From a virus (lineage: Duplodnaviria > Heunggongvirae > Uroviricota > Caudoviricetes), in IMG/VR virus record IMGVR_UViG_3300003310_000099, positions 309,405 to 373,404 of that record: 64,000 nt of DNA; one strand, 5' to 3'. Positions 16,060 to 25,760 of the stretch are shown here, piece by piece. How positions within the stretch are numbered: position 1 is the first letter of the stretch; every line of letters starts with the position of its first letter. A program made the translations under genes and the position numbers. The notes beneath the pieces are model-generated. The model saw nothing but the letters and a program-made list of their open reading frames with translations. It searched no databases and was not told where the DNA came from.

Positions 16060-16875
16060 TTAGCACTGGCCTTCAACCCATTTAAAAATCTCTATACCCT
16101 TATCAATTTCCAGTTTATACCATTCATTCTTTTTGTCTTGGAAGACCGCCGCAGGTTGTAATATGCTTTTCAAGAGATTTTCTGCCTTTGTGCGGTTATC
16201 AAATACTTTTGATTTATAATGTCTTTTATAATCTCTAAAAGGCGCGCCAGTTTGATAACTATCTACTCTTTCCTCATAATCAAGTGACTTACCAACTTTA
16301 AAATATCCTGGCCATGCAGGATTAGTTAATAAATATAAATATCCTTTTTTAATACCACACTGTTTATTTTTCAATGTTGCCAGTATTGCATCTCGTTCTT
16401 TTCTTATCTCATCTAATTCTTGGTCAAATTCTGTTATTTGTTTAGGAACTATTTTACTAGCAATAAAATTTCGGTCTTCGGCAGATAGAGGTAATACTAC
16501 AGGCCGATCATAACAATTACTTACGTTTAATTTTGCACCCTTTCCAGTATCGTAAACCACTAACTTACCTTGGAATAATTTTATAGATGGAGATGCATCT
16601 GGATAGAGTTTTCGGAATTCCTCGACAGCAGGCACCATTGTATTCAAAAATGTCTGGTAGTCTATGCCGATAGATAACAAAGTATGCTTCATTCTTCTCC
16701 AGCATTCCTTAACTCTACCTAGCACAGTTGAATAAAGTTGGCGGTAATTTTTCCTGTGGCATTCAAGACAAATACTGTCTCGGTCATAACGGTGTCCATA
16801 TCCAGTTGATTTTTTGAATTCATTGAGTAATTTTTCGTCCCCGCAATTTCTACATTTTATTTTTTCAGTAATCAT
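16060..16875 (-). CDS. GIY-YIG-superfamily (T5orf172-like) nuclease with N-terminal Zn finger
   Basis: CRNC..CLEC; GYLYLLTNPAWPGYFKVGKS..YQTGAPFRDY..EWY. Confidence 0.75.
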   Translation of the reverse strand: MITEKIKCRNCGDEKLLNEFKKSTGYGHRYDRDSICLECHRKNYRQLYSTVLGRVKECWRRMKHTLLSIGIDYQTFLNTMVPAVEEFRKLYPDASPSIKLFQGKLVVYDTGKGAKLNVSNCYDRPVVLPLSAEDRNFIASKIVPKQITEFDQELDEIRKERDAILATLKNKQCGIKKGYLYLLTNPAWPGYFKVGKSLDYEERVDSYQTGAPFRDYKRHYKSKVFDNRTKAENLLKSILQPAAVFQDKKNEWYKLEIDKGIEIFKWVEGQC

Positions 16876-16960
16876 AAATTTAACCCTTTGTTATTAATGT
16901 CATTTGTCATTATAGTATCTTGGTAACAAAAATCAATAAAATATTTTCATATATAACTTC

Positions 16961-18571
16961 ATGTTATTTAGTCAATGGTTAGAGACGGAGCTTAGTCAAG
17001 CTGAGCGAGAAATGCTTGGCAAGCCCAAAGTAGGTAAATCTGGCAAGCCGAGTGCATATAATTATCCGAGTGAGGAGGAATGGGGCAAGCTTCGTCCTTA
17101 CTTGGTTAATAGAAGTAAGGCATCTAATCCAAATTTAGATCAAGATTTAACGGCATATACTCCTGGTGAAACTTTAACCATATTAAACAATCCTAAGATT
17201 AGGGCATATCATGACAGGGTATCGCATTTCAGGGTGCCCGACAATTTTGATACGATAGTATTGGTGCCATGTGCGAAGAGTAAGCCGTGGGGTGCTGGGT
17301 GTAAGAGTAATTTTTACAAAGCGTATCATCAATTGATGGGTGATCCTGAGATGGGTAAAGTCTACATGGCGACTATATCGGAGCCATTGGGGGTAGTCCC
17401 TAGTTCGGATTGGGAGAATTTTCCTCAGTATGACAATCCTGGGTTATTTGATGATACGGCGATGCAGAGTAGTTTAATGACGAAGGATTGGGGTAAGACG
17501 CCTGTGGGGTCAAAGAGGATAATGCCATTTGATGTTAATTCGTACAATCAATCTATAGATGTATTGTCTAAGGTGATAGCATCATTTATGAAGGTGAATA
17601 GTGACAAGAGGTTTGTGGCATTTGTGGACGATCCGAGTGGGAAGTTGACGACGCATGGGGACATGTTGAATCGGGCATCAAGTTTAAGTGGGATACCGAT
17701 TACTCGTTTTTCGAAGAAGCCAAAGACAGGTAGGGAGAAGGGGACGGTATATCCATACATGAAGAGTAATATTAGGTTTAAAGAGTGGTTGATTGAGCAG
17801 ACGTTTAACGAATTTGAAAGATGGTTGCAGGTGAACAATATTGATATGGGGGATTTAATAAAGCAATTACAGAGTAAGGAACCAGACGGGCATGGGGGTA
17901 ATGCGGTATTTTACAAGATACCAGGGACTCAATTTGGGGTAAAGATTATTAAGGGCACGAAGGGTATTGGTCAGTTGAGGGCGGCGGATGATGAATTGGG
18001 GGATGAGAACTACGGGCAGGCGATTGCGCATTATGGTTCAAATATACAAATATTAAAATTGCAATCTGGGATTCCTGCGGGTCATCCTTACAAATATGAT
18101 AAGGATGATATGGAAGGTGCGAAGGCAAGGTATTTGGCAAATTTGGAGTCGGCTGCGGGGATGCCAGTGTCTGAATATGAGCGTTTATTTAGGAGTATAA
18201 AGAAGTTAAATGATAGGGGTTGGGTAATTGATCCGAGCAAGAGTGGGAATTTATTGATAGACAGGGGGCGGTTTAATTTGGTGGACATTAATAAGCATGA
18301 GGGGGATTACAGGAACAATGCGGGTGAGGTGGTGAGTATGTTGATAGACAATTTTCATTTTGGCAAGTATTTTACGAATGACATGAGGGTAAAGGGGTTG
18401 GCGAAGCAGATAATAGAGAAGGCGGATGAGGCGGCGGCGAGGGTAGGATTTCCTTACAACAAGGAATCATCGACTTCGCAATATTCGCATCAACATGCAT
18501 ATGGTCCAGTGGAGGAGCCTTGGAAAGCAGTGGTGAATAATGATAAGGAATTTGGTTGGGATCATGTATAA
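16961..18571 (+). CDS. Fusion of an ArcS/DUF5591-like domain and a protein-kinase-like domain
   Basis: LVPCAKSKPW, SEPLGVVP, FPQYDNPG; GHGGNAVFY, GVK, DPSKSGNLL, LVDIN. Confidence 0.55.
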   Translation: MLFSQWLETELSQAEREMLGKPKVGKSGKPSAYNYPSEEEWGKLRPYLVNRSKASNPNLDQDLTAYTPGETLTILNNPKIRAYHDRVSHFRVPDNFDTIVLVPCAKSKPWGAGCKSNFYKAYHQLMGDPEMGKVYMATISEPLGVVPSSDWENFPQYDNPGLFDDTAMQSSLMTKDWGKTPVGSKRIMPFDVNSYNQSIDVLSKVIASFMKVNSDKRFVAFVDDPSGKLTTHGDMLNRASSLSGIPITRFSKKPKTGREKGTVYPYMKSNIRFKEWLIEQTFNEFERWLQVNNIDMGDLIKQLQSKEPDGHGGNAVFYKIPGTQFGVKIIKGTKGIGQLRAADDELGDENYGQAIAHYGSNIQILKLQSGIPAGHPYKYDKDDMEGAKARYLANLESAAGMPVSEYERLFRSIKKLNDRGWVIDPSKSGNLLIDRGRFNLVDINKHEGDYRNNAGEVVSMLIDNFHFGKYFTNDMRVKGLAKQIIEKADEAAARVGFPYNKESSTSQYSHQHAYGPVEEPWKAVVNNDKEFGWDHV

Positions 18572-18627
18572 AATTGGTAGAAGTTAATAAAAACGGGATT
18601 TAGGTTAGGTAGGAGATATATAGGGTT

Positions 18628-19260
18628 ATGTATAAATTCAGAGAGTATGTTTCTAAAAGGGATGAGGTCAATTACAATCCTAATTTAGGGAAGGTATTGC
18701 CACAATCTGTTCGTGGGAACGTAGATTTTTCGATACCTACGGCAGCGATGAAGACAGGGGCGGCGGCATTACAGGGAGTTGGGACATTGGCTGGTGGTAT
18801 GGTGGCGGCATTGAGTGGGGTGCCCGTAACGATTCAGGCGATGCAGGATGCGAAGACAAGGTTTGAGAGGGCACAGAGGTATATATTACCTTATTTGGCG
18901 AAGGATGAGGGAATGAGGGCTAGGGTATTACAAAAGGTAGATTCGGCATTGGCATTTTTGCAGAGTAATCAGGACAAGGGAGTTATTAGTGGTGGTGAGG
19001 GTTTGCCTGATGTAGGGATGGGTGGTGTACATGGTGGTGTTGGGTCGGCATTATGGAAGGGTTTGAGTGCTACTTTCAAGAATTTATATGATACTTTATT
19101 AAACAGGAGTAACAGGGCTGGTCCGTTCTTGGAACAGTTTAAGGTTATGTTTGAGTCATTGGGGGAAATGACTAAGGAGGTAGCTTACGGCAAGTTACGG
19201 GCATTCAAGCAGGCTGCTGAGGTAGGCAGCACATATATTGATCCAGATACGATGAGATAA
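18628..19260 (+). CDS. hypothetical (possible internal virion) protein
   Basis: MYKFREYV N-terminus; Gly-rich hydrophobic segments. Confidence 0.7.
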   Translation: MYKFREYVSKRDEVNYNPNLGKVLPQSVRGNVDFSIPTAAMKTGAAALQGVGTLAGGMVAALSGVPVTIQAMQDAKTRFERAQRYILPYLAKDEGMRARVLQKVDSALAFLQSNQDKGVISGGEGLPDVGMGGVHGGVGSALWKGLSATFKNLYDTLLNRSNRAGPFLEQFKVMFESLGEMTKEVAYGKLRAFKQAAEVGSTYIDPDTMR

Positions 19261-19273
19261 GGATATATAGGAT

Positions 19274-19468
19274 ATGATTACATTTACTAATTGGTTAAAG
19301 ATGAAGGAGGCATCTGCTTTTACGAGGAGTAGGACTGCTGCTGCTTTAGGTACAGGCCCAACGATTCCAGATGCACAGATTAATAGTCGTAGTACAGCAA
19401 GACCTTGGGAGGCCAAGGCTATCAAGAAGAGAAACAAGAAAAAGTGCAAACCAAAGAAGAAAATGTGA
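19274..19468 (+). CDS. small basic protein
   Basis: MITFTNWLKMKEA; Lys-rich tail. Confidence 0.65.
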   Translation: MITFTNWLKMKEASAFTRSRTAAALGTGPTIPDAQINSRSTARPWEAKAIKKRNKKKCKPKKKM

Positions 19469-19485
19469 GGCTGATGGTTTATTGG

Positions 19486-19734
19486 TTAGTTTAGCCAATC
19501 CTCTGATTTATAATTTCCTAATTGGTCACTTTGTTCTAGTATTTCGATAGTGGAGAAATACAGATCATCATCACTATTAGAATCAAAGCCAGCTTCACTT
19601 ACCATGACAATGGAACTTAAAGATGAAACTGGCTTATTTTCTAGCATTTTAAAAGCATCAATTGCTGCTTTTTTTGGAGTAGGTCGATCAATAATTTGTT
19701 TAAAGTCGCCTGAAATAACATAATATTTTGCCAT
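19486..19734 (-). CDS. hypothetical protein
   Basis: ORF in a tight minus-strand operon. Confidence 0.7.
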   Translation of the reverse strand: MAKYYVISGDFKQIIDRPTPKKAAIDAFKMLENKPVSSLSSIVMVSEAGFDSNSDDDLYFSTIEILEQSDQLGNYKSEDWLN

Positions 19735-20009
19735 TATTTATCATTCTCTGCTAATTGGTTGAAATGTGCTGCACCCATTTGGAGCAGTTCTGCGAGTTCG
19801 CTTTCTGGGATATTACGATAATTGATATCCCAACCTTTGTGTAAGGGGCTTTGTTCACCTTTTGCTTCTATATTAGAGTGGAAGATTACGCCTGCGAAGG
19901 TTGATCTTTCGATAATTTCTTCGATTAATTCTTTGGTTGAGTAAAATTCCAGCGCATTTGATCTTCGGACAATTTCATCGACTAATTCTTTGGTGGTATA
20001 TTCGTTCAT
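19734..20009 (-). CDS. hypothetical protein
   Basis: SD AGGAG; internal repeat Y(T/S)TKEL..EI. Confidence 0.7.
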   Translation of the reverse strand: MNEYTTKELVDEIVRRSNALEFYSTKELIEEIIERSTFAGVIFHSNIEAKGEQSPLHKGWDINYRNIPESELAELLQMGAAHFNQLAENDK

Positions 20010-20018
20010 TATAAACTC

Positions 20019-20630
20019 CTATGCAAAATTATGTTCAACAGTTATTTTCAAGCTAATTTCTGGCAAGTGTATATGGTTACACAGTTTATGTTTTTTGGCT
20101 TCTTTTGCATTAAGGAACCATTCAGCGTGGCTTTTTTGGTGGATTAGGTCTAAGAAGTAGTTGGGTGGTTGGCCACAGTTTTTGGCTAGTAGTGAGAAAA
20201 TATGTTTGTTAAGGCGTTCGGTTTGTCCTACATCGGCTTTAAGTTCTTCGATTTTGCCGTAGGTGAAGTTTGAAACGTCATGAAGCATGATGGTAGCATG
20301 TTCAGACATAAATCGCAAGCCATGATTTCCGAACCCAAAGAGAATTGCGCCTGCGGACATTGCCTTGGATTCGCAGATAGTGGCAACTGGCAATTTGCAA
20401 TTTTGGATTTCTGAAATCATGGACAGTAGTGCATAAACTTGTCCACCGTAGGAATCTACGACGATGGGTACGACGGTTTGTCCTGAATTGCAGGCTTTAT
20501 TGATATCTTCTGAGAAATGTTTTGAGCCATCTTCGTCAAATTTGGTGATTCTAATTACGATAGGGAGGTCAATAAGGTCTTCAGCTGCTTTTATTTTAAT
20601 TCTGGGATCGACTTCGATTCGTCTATGCAT
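20019..20630 (-). CDS. clpP: ClpP-like serine protease
   Basis: VDSYGGQVY, AMSAGA (catalytic Ser), IMLHD, WFLNAKEA. Confidence 0.8.
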   Translation of the reverse strand: MHRRIEVDPRIKIKAAEDLIDLPIVIRITKFDEDGSKHFSEDINKACNSGQTVVPIVVDSYGGQVYALLSMISEIQNCKLPVATICESKAMSAGAILFGFGNHGLRFMSEHATIMLHDVSNFTYGKIEELKADVGQTERLNKHIFSLLAKNCGQPPNYFLDLIHQKSHAEWFLNAKEAKKHKLCNHIHLPEISLKITVEHNFA

Positions 20631-21226
20631 TGTATTTCCTTTGCCAGCCAAATAATTCTATTTTTACGGATATAGGTAATACTACAATTGGTTATTTTAC
20701 CTATACTTGATATACAATGAGTAATCTGAATAACATTTTGAATAAAATCCGTATGTGTAATCAGTATAGACTTTTCTGGGATGGAGTCAAGGGTTTTTAC
20801 AAGTCTGTCGCAGAAATCTATTTCATTTTCTTGACGTTTGCTGAGGTTGTCATATGGAGCAAAATGTACTTTACAATTTTGTTCAATGATTGCAGAAGTT
20901 TCTGCACATCTTTTATAGGGGGAATGGAGTCCCTGGAAGTTTTGGAGGTGCATGGTGGATAAAAAGTTTGCGACCTGGAGTGCTTGTTGGCGTCCACGCT
21001 CAGTGAGTGGGCCATTTTCTTGTTCTGTAGCTTCGCCATGACGTAGGATGATAATTTCTTTGAGGTAGATTACTTTATCTTCATCGGTGATGAATTTATG
21101 GTTTTTGCAATCGAGGAAGCCAGAGATTAGTTTTCCATCTTTTTCGGTTTCATTTAGCTTACCGAAGGCTTCGCCGTGATGAGTGCCAGTAACAATTTTA
21201 TCATCCGTTAAAATAGCTGGGACCAT
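20591..21226 (-). CDS. Histidine phosphatase family protein
   Basis: IILRHGE, LTERGRQQA, SPYKRCAET, LITH. Confidence 0.75.
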   Translation of the reverse strand: MVPAILTDDKIVTGTHHGEAFGKLNETEKDGKLISGFLDCKNHKFITDEDKVIYLKEIIILRHGEATEQENGPLTERGRQQALQVANFLSTMHLQNFQGLHSPYKRCAETSAIIEQNCKVHFAPYDNLSKRQENEIDFCDRLVKTLDSIPEKSILITHTDFIQNVIQITHCISSIGKITNCSITYIRKNRIIWLAKEIQCIDESKSIPELK

Positions 21227-21247
21227 AGTAAAGCCTCCATTCTCTAT

Positions 21248-22075
21248 TTATTTCTCGGAAGATTTTTTATATGAAGTAATTACCTTGCCGACATAATCCA
21301 TTGCTTTGTTTGCGTTATACTTTAGGAGTATATCATATGGGTCGCCCATGCTGAAGATGATTGGCGGCTCAAAGCGGAACATGTTTTTATTGAAATAAGG
21401 TGGTAGACCACGCTTGTAATGAATAAGGTGTTTCAGTTCATTATCCATCAAGGTATTTTCTATACCAACTGTCCCATAATACGTTAAATGTCCGTAATAT
21501 TCAAGCATTGTTAATGCCCAGGCAGTTTTTTCCGCATCTTGCCAGCCTGGATGGGTTTTGGCTAGATAATCAGCTAGTTCAAGGACTCTTTTTACAAATT
21601 CATCTGGTAATTTTTCGAAACAGATTGTGGCTCCTAACGGGAGCCACAATTCATCTTCAATTTTTTTTGCATCCTTCACTGTTTTTACAAAATCTTCTGA
21701 ACGACTTTTCTGTAATGTGAATTCTGGGTCCATCTGGAAGGTAATGTCGATAGACCTATTTTCTATAGGTTTCACCAGAATAGTATCAGGATGAATGAGT
21801 GTGAAAGGTGGTTTGATTAAGCCTTTAGTGATGGCAACATAGAGTCCATAGACACGATTAAAATAAGGACAGCCTTTTTCCTTACCGATATTGTCATGCA
21901 CAAAGACATGTTTATGGGAACGAAGATTAACTGGTTCCGAATAGATTGGTTCGGTACTATCTGCAAGTCCTACGACAAGGGAATCTTGCAGGTTGTGCAT
22001 TTTGAAACTTTCTATAAGGAGTTCCAATTGCCAGTGATGATAGGCTATGTTTTCTGCGCTTACGAAATACTGCAT
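21248..22075 (-). CDS. Glycosyltransferase resembling plant serine-galactosyl/Hyp-arabinosyltransferases (GT96/GT95-like)
   Basis: SAE..YHHWQ..L..SF, YFNR..G, LIHPDTIL.KPI, W..AE..AW. Confidence 0.45.
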   Translation of the reverse strand: MQYFVSAENIAYHHWQLELLIESFKMHNLQDSLVVGLADSTEPIYSEPVNLRSHKHVFVHDNIGKEKGCPYFNRVYGLYVAITKGLIKPPFTLIHPDTILVKPIENRSIDITFQMDPEFTLQKSRSEDFVKTVKDAKKIEDELWLPLGATICFEKLPDEFVKRVLELADYLAKTHPGWQDAEKTAWALTMLEYYGHLTYYGTVGIENTLMDNELKHLIHYKRGLPPYFNKNMFRFEPPIIFSMGDPYDILLKYNANKAMDYVGKVITSYKKSSEK

Positions 22076-22076
22076 T

Positions 22077-22382
22077 TTAATTCTCTATAAAGTTTTCTAA
22101 GAACAACCGATATACTTTACTATATGCTCGGCCCCAATTTGGTCCATGAACGTCAACATCCTTATCCCATGCAACGGCGTGGGCGACTTCATGAATCATA
22201 ACATCAATTGAGTAATTTTCTGACAAAATTCTGTTTATTTTAACGAGGAACACGTCATTCTTAATTTCACATTGGCCATCCAATGAAGCTTTCAACCTAA
22301 CTCTTCTGATAACGATAGGTTTTTCAGCTAGATTGCTATTTTGGTAAAACTTTGCTACACGCCGATAGAGTTCGTAGTTCAA
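22077..22382 (-). CDS. SprT-like Zn metallopeptidase
   Basis: HEVAH...HGPNW. Confidence 0.7.
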   Translation of the reverse strand: MNYELYRRVAKFYQNSNLAEKPIVIRRVRLKASLDGQCEIKNDVFLVKINRILSENYSIDVMIHEVAHAVAWDKDVDVHGPNWGRAYSKVYRLFLENFIEN

Positions 22383-22417
22383 TGAACCCCCTGAAGTTGG
22401 ATGTATGATTATTTAGC

Positions 22418-23068
22418 TTAAACTGAATAGTTTTTGTTACTACGAACGTCGTGGACTAATACAGCCTTTAAATTTGGCCAACTTTCCTTTAAATTTCTAC
22501 CAAGTTCCAAAAATTTATTAACGTGGTCTGCTCTATCGTCAAATATCTCTACTGTTTCTATTTCTGGGGACATTAAACGCTTAATAATCACGAAAGCCTT
22601 GTAATCAAACGTATCATTAGATTTGGGGTATTCTGGGTGTTTTGTTAAATCTTTTTGTCCTTTGAAGTAATATTCATCTGCATGGACGCCATAATGGGCA
22701 AGAATATCTTTGACACTATCGCCCAAAGCGGCATGTCTGCCTGTCATGATAACTGTATGGGTTTGTGGATCATCGTGGAATGATTTTAAAGCGTTTGCCA
22801 CATTTTGGTTAAGTTTTTCTGGAGTGCGGTCGAATTTTAGGGTTTCAGGTCTTCCCCACCATCCTGTTCTTCTGAATTTAGGATCGAATCCATGTTGAAC
22901 GGCGGTTTCCTTATCTTTAATCATCCAGGGTTTGCCTGTAGTTTTTTCATATTCTGGGATACCCTGTTCAGGCGTTGGTGTATACACAAGCGTATCATCA
23001 AAGTCTATAATGGCGATACGTTTAATGCCTGTTGGGGCACTTTCCATAAATTGTTTAAAACTCAGCAT
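22418..23068 (-). CDS. HAD phosphatase (Swiss-army-knife RNA-repair-like)
   Basis: DFDDTLVYTP, WW..PETL, MTGR, K, IFDDRADH. Confidence 0.75.
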   Translation of the reverse strand: MLSFKQFMESAPTGIKRIAIIDFDDTLVYTPTPEQGIPEYEKTTGKPWMIKDKETAVQHGFDPKFRRTGWWGRPETLKFDRTPEKLNQNVANALKSFHDDPQTHTVIMTGRHAALGDSVKDILAHYGVHADEYYFKGQKDLTKHPEYPKSNDTFDYKAFVIIKRLMSPEIETVEIFDDRADHVNKFLELGRNLKESWPNLKAVLVHDVRSNKNYSV

Positions 23069-23235
23069 TTTAATTTATACCAAATATAAAACCCTACAGC
23101 ACTGGCTAGGCAACTCCAGTAATCGACATAACCTCCGTACCAAAACATACCTACGCCGATAGCGATGCTATTGACTAAGGCTAAAGTAAAAGCAATCCAT
23201 GCTACAAAATTTCTAACTTCATGTTTGGGGCACAT
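23062..23235 (-). CDS. small membrane protein (57 aa)
   Basis: Manual translation with two hydrophobic segments (FVAWIAFTLALVNSIAIGVGMFW; CLASAVGFYIW). Confidence 0.5.
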   Translation of the reverse strand: MCPKHEVRNFVAWIAFTLALVNSIAIGVGMFWYGGYVDYWSCLASAVGFYIWYKLKC

Positions 23236-23237
23236 AT

Positions 23238-24755
23238 TTACTCTTGTTTGTTATTAAAAGACTTACGGAACTTATCAGTTTCAATATTCTTAATAGCACT
23301 ACCGAACTCTTCACCTTGAGGGATTCTGCCGCCAAGGTGTTGTACGATTTCTGGGTTTACTACTCTTCTATCGCCATCCTGAACATAACCTCTTGTCTGC
23401 ATATCGTGAGATATGAACTTGTTCATAACGTCGTCTGGAAGTTTATTCATCCTACCCCATTGCTTTGCCAAGCTTGGGACGATGCCTGTTTTGTGGAAAT
23501 TTTTCTTCATATCATAGAACTTATCGAAGAACGCTTGTGGATTTTGTTCATGCGAAGAAACCCACTTAGCAAGTTCGATCAAGTGTGTGATATCACGAAT
23601 TTCGTCATTGGTCCAAGTGCCTTGACGAAGTGCTTTTTCAATTTTAAATGTTGGGTTGTTTCTCAACAGCCAAGCGATGGCTAATCTCTTTTCTTTTTTA
23701 TCACTGAAGTCTTCAGGTGCATCTAGTTTGAATTCCAAGTCTGGGAATACAGTATTCAGCATACCCAATTCTTTGAATAGTTTTACATAGTGTGCTGGAT
23801 CAACGTCTGGATGTTGTAGACCCTTCAAGAATTCATCCCTAATACGTTCACGGCTTACAGATGGCAAGTCCTTAATATCTGTAATTGCTTCCTTTACGTC
23901 ATCTGGAATTTTGGTGTTCTTACCATGAGAAGCTACGAAGCGAAGGTAACGCATAGCTCTTAGCTGATCTTCTTCCAATCTTTCTCTTGCATTGCCGACG
24001 AATTTTACTTCTCCGCTTCTGATGTGGTGAGCGCCACCGTGAGGATCAATAAGTTTAGCGTTTGCACCATCTGCGGTTGTAAGTGGGATATACATAGAGT
24101 TCATGGTGAAGTCACGGCGTTGTGCATCATCATCGAGTCCAGCGAATTCCATGCGATCTGGTGTTCTCCCGTCACCGCTCTTGGAGTCTTTTCTGAAAGT
24201 TGCGATTTCAAATTCTTCGCCGTTGACTCTAGCGCCGATTACGAATTCTTTACCACTACGGTCCCAGCCCTTGGCATAGAAAATCTTGCTTTTATTACCA
24301 GCTTCTGGGTGTTTTTCATATTTCTTATCAATAGGCGCATTCTTTCCAGTCTGTGGTTTAGTTTCAGCGAAACCTGCACTTCTTAGAATTAATCTGATTT
24401 CATCTGGGGTTGCGTCTGTAGCCAGGTCATAGTCTTTAGGAGTTTTGCCTTTAAGATGATCCCTTACTGCACCGCCGACTAAGTATAGACCTTTCTTTTT
24501 CAATTTAGGTGTGGTTTCACCTTTAGATGGGTCCATAGTTGTTAATTTTTGTGGATAGCCATCTGGACCAGGCAGACTAACTTGGCCACTATCAAGGAAT
24601 GCCTTGATGATGGTTCTTAGATTAGGATGACGTTCAGCGTCAACTGTAAATGGCTTGAAGTCACTGTCATCACCGAGTTTAACTTCGGATGGTGCCTTCT
24701 TTCCACCTTCTACATTTTCTTTCAAGCTCAAGTATTCTAAAAAAGTTTTTCTCAT
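23238..24755 (-). CDS. cca: Class II tRNA nucleotidyltransferase (CCA-adding enzyme/poly(A) polymerase family)
   Basis: VGGAVRD..KDYDLAT, EIATFR, DAQRRDFTMN, EDQLR.MR..RF, SRERIRDEF. Confidence 0.85.
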   Translation of the reverse strand: MRKTFLEYLSLKENVEGGKKAPSEVKLGDDSDFKPFTVDAERHPNLRTIIKAFLDSGQVSLPGPDGYPQKLTTMDPSKGETTPKLKKKGLYLVGGAVRDHLKGKTPKDYDLATDATPDEIRLILRSAGFAETKPQTGKNAPIDKKYEKHPEAGNKSKIFYAKGWDRSGKEFVIGARVNGEEFEIATFRKDSKSGDGRTPDRMEFAGLDDDAQRRDFTMNSMYIPLTTADGANAKLIDPHGGAHHIRSGEVKFVGNARERLEEDQLRAMRYLRFVASHGKNTKIPDDVKEAITDIKDLPSVSRERIRDEFLKGLQHPDVDPAHYVKLFKELGMLNTVFPDLEFKLDAPEDFSDKKEKRLAIAWLLRNNPTFKIEKALRQGTWTNDEIRDITHLIELAKWVSSHEQNPQAFFDKFYDMKKNFHKTGIVPSLAKQWGRMNKLPDDVMNKFISHDMQTRGYVQDGDRRVVNPEIVQHLGGRIPQGEEFGSAIKNIETDKFRKSFNNKQE

Positions 24756-24796
24756 ATCTTTACCTTATTAACTATTTATGGTTGACACTCGGTTTT

Positions 24797-25198
24797 TCAA
24801 GGTTTGATTCCGAGCTTCCATAAAATAATAGCTCCAATTACAACAGTGGCAACTTTGTACAAGAAGTCTATGACATTTGCCCACTTATTATCTTGTTGTC
24901 CAATACTCTTTTCCATCATATTTATATCTTGTTCTATCTTAATAGATTTACCAGATAAATATTCTACTTTTTCCTGTAAAGCAATGATATCGCTCTTAAT
25001 GCTATCCACATCACTATTGCCTTCAAGTATACTTAATCTAGCTACCAACGTGATTTGATTCTCGGATACTTTTTCAAATCGCGCTTTGAATATGTTATTG
25101 TCTTCGACAAGAACTTTAACTCTTTCATCAATTCTTGCGGTAACGTCTGAAACGCTTTTAAGCGAGTTACTTAATTCTTTGTAGGCAATCTCATCCAT
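24797..25198 (-). CDS. coiled-coil protein with C-terminal membrane anchor
   Basis: ARIDERV, heptad pattern, hydrophobic C-terminus. Confidence 0.65.
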   Translation of the reverse strand: MDEIAYKELSNSLKSVSDVTARIDERVKVLVEDNNIFKARFEKVSENQITLVARLSILEGNSDVDSIKSDIIALQEKVEYLSGKSIKIEQDINMMEKSIGQQDNKWANVIDFLYKVATVVIGAIILWKLGIKP

Positions 25199-25274
25199 GA
25201 CTCTCCTTTAGAAATTATATAGACTTAATACAGATTGGTTCTATGAAAAACTCAAATTTACTCTAAATATAGAT

Positions 25275-25745
25275 ATGGAAAATGAAGAATTAGAAAAGCT
25301 GTTACCACAAATTAACGTAACTGTTCCACAGCAACTACAGCAACTACAGCAGCAACAAGAAGAAAAAGCAAGTATTGTTCCTCCTGAAATGCTTTTAGGC
25401 TTAATTTCTGAGGCTTTAGACGATATCAGAAAAGAAAAAGAACAAGTCGATGGCCTGATCGAAACCTTTAGTGATATGGTTTTTAACGAAGGAGATTCTA
25501 CCACATCTAGCAAAGAAGCTCTAGTAAATTTGGTCAAAATCAAAACAGACACGACCAACAATAAGACAAAAATCATAGATTTAGCAACAAGAATCCACCT
25601 GAAGGAGAAGGACACCTTCCCAAGATATTTGAATTTACATGCTCAACAAACAAATAACATCGCTGGGCCTTCTGATAAGCGAGAGCTAATCAAAGCGATA
25701 AACAAAATTAAAAAGAAGAAGGAATTGGAAAGTGGCAATTTATAA
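25275..25745 (+). CDS. hypothetical protein
   Basis: CTAAATA box 5 nt before the ATG. Confidence 0.75.
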   Translation: MENEELEKLLPQINVTVPQQLQQLQQQQEEKASIVPPEMLLGLISEALDDIRKEKEQVDGLIETFSDMVFNEGDSTTSSKEALVNLVKIKTDTTNNKTKIIDLATRIHLKEKDTFPRYLNLHAQQTNNIAGPSDKRELIKAINKIKKKKELESGNL

Positions 25746-25760
25746 CATATATATTTCACA

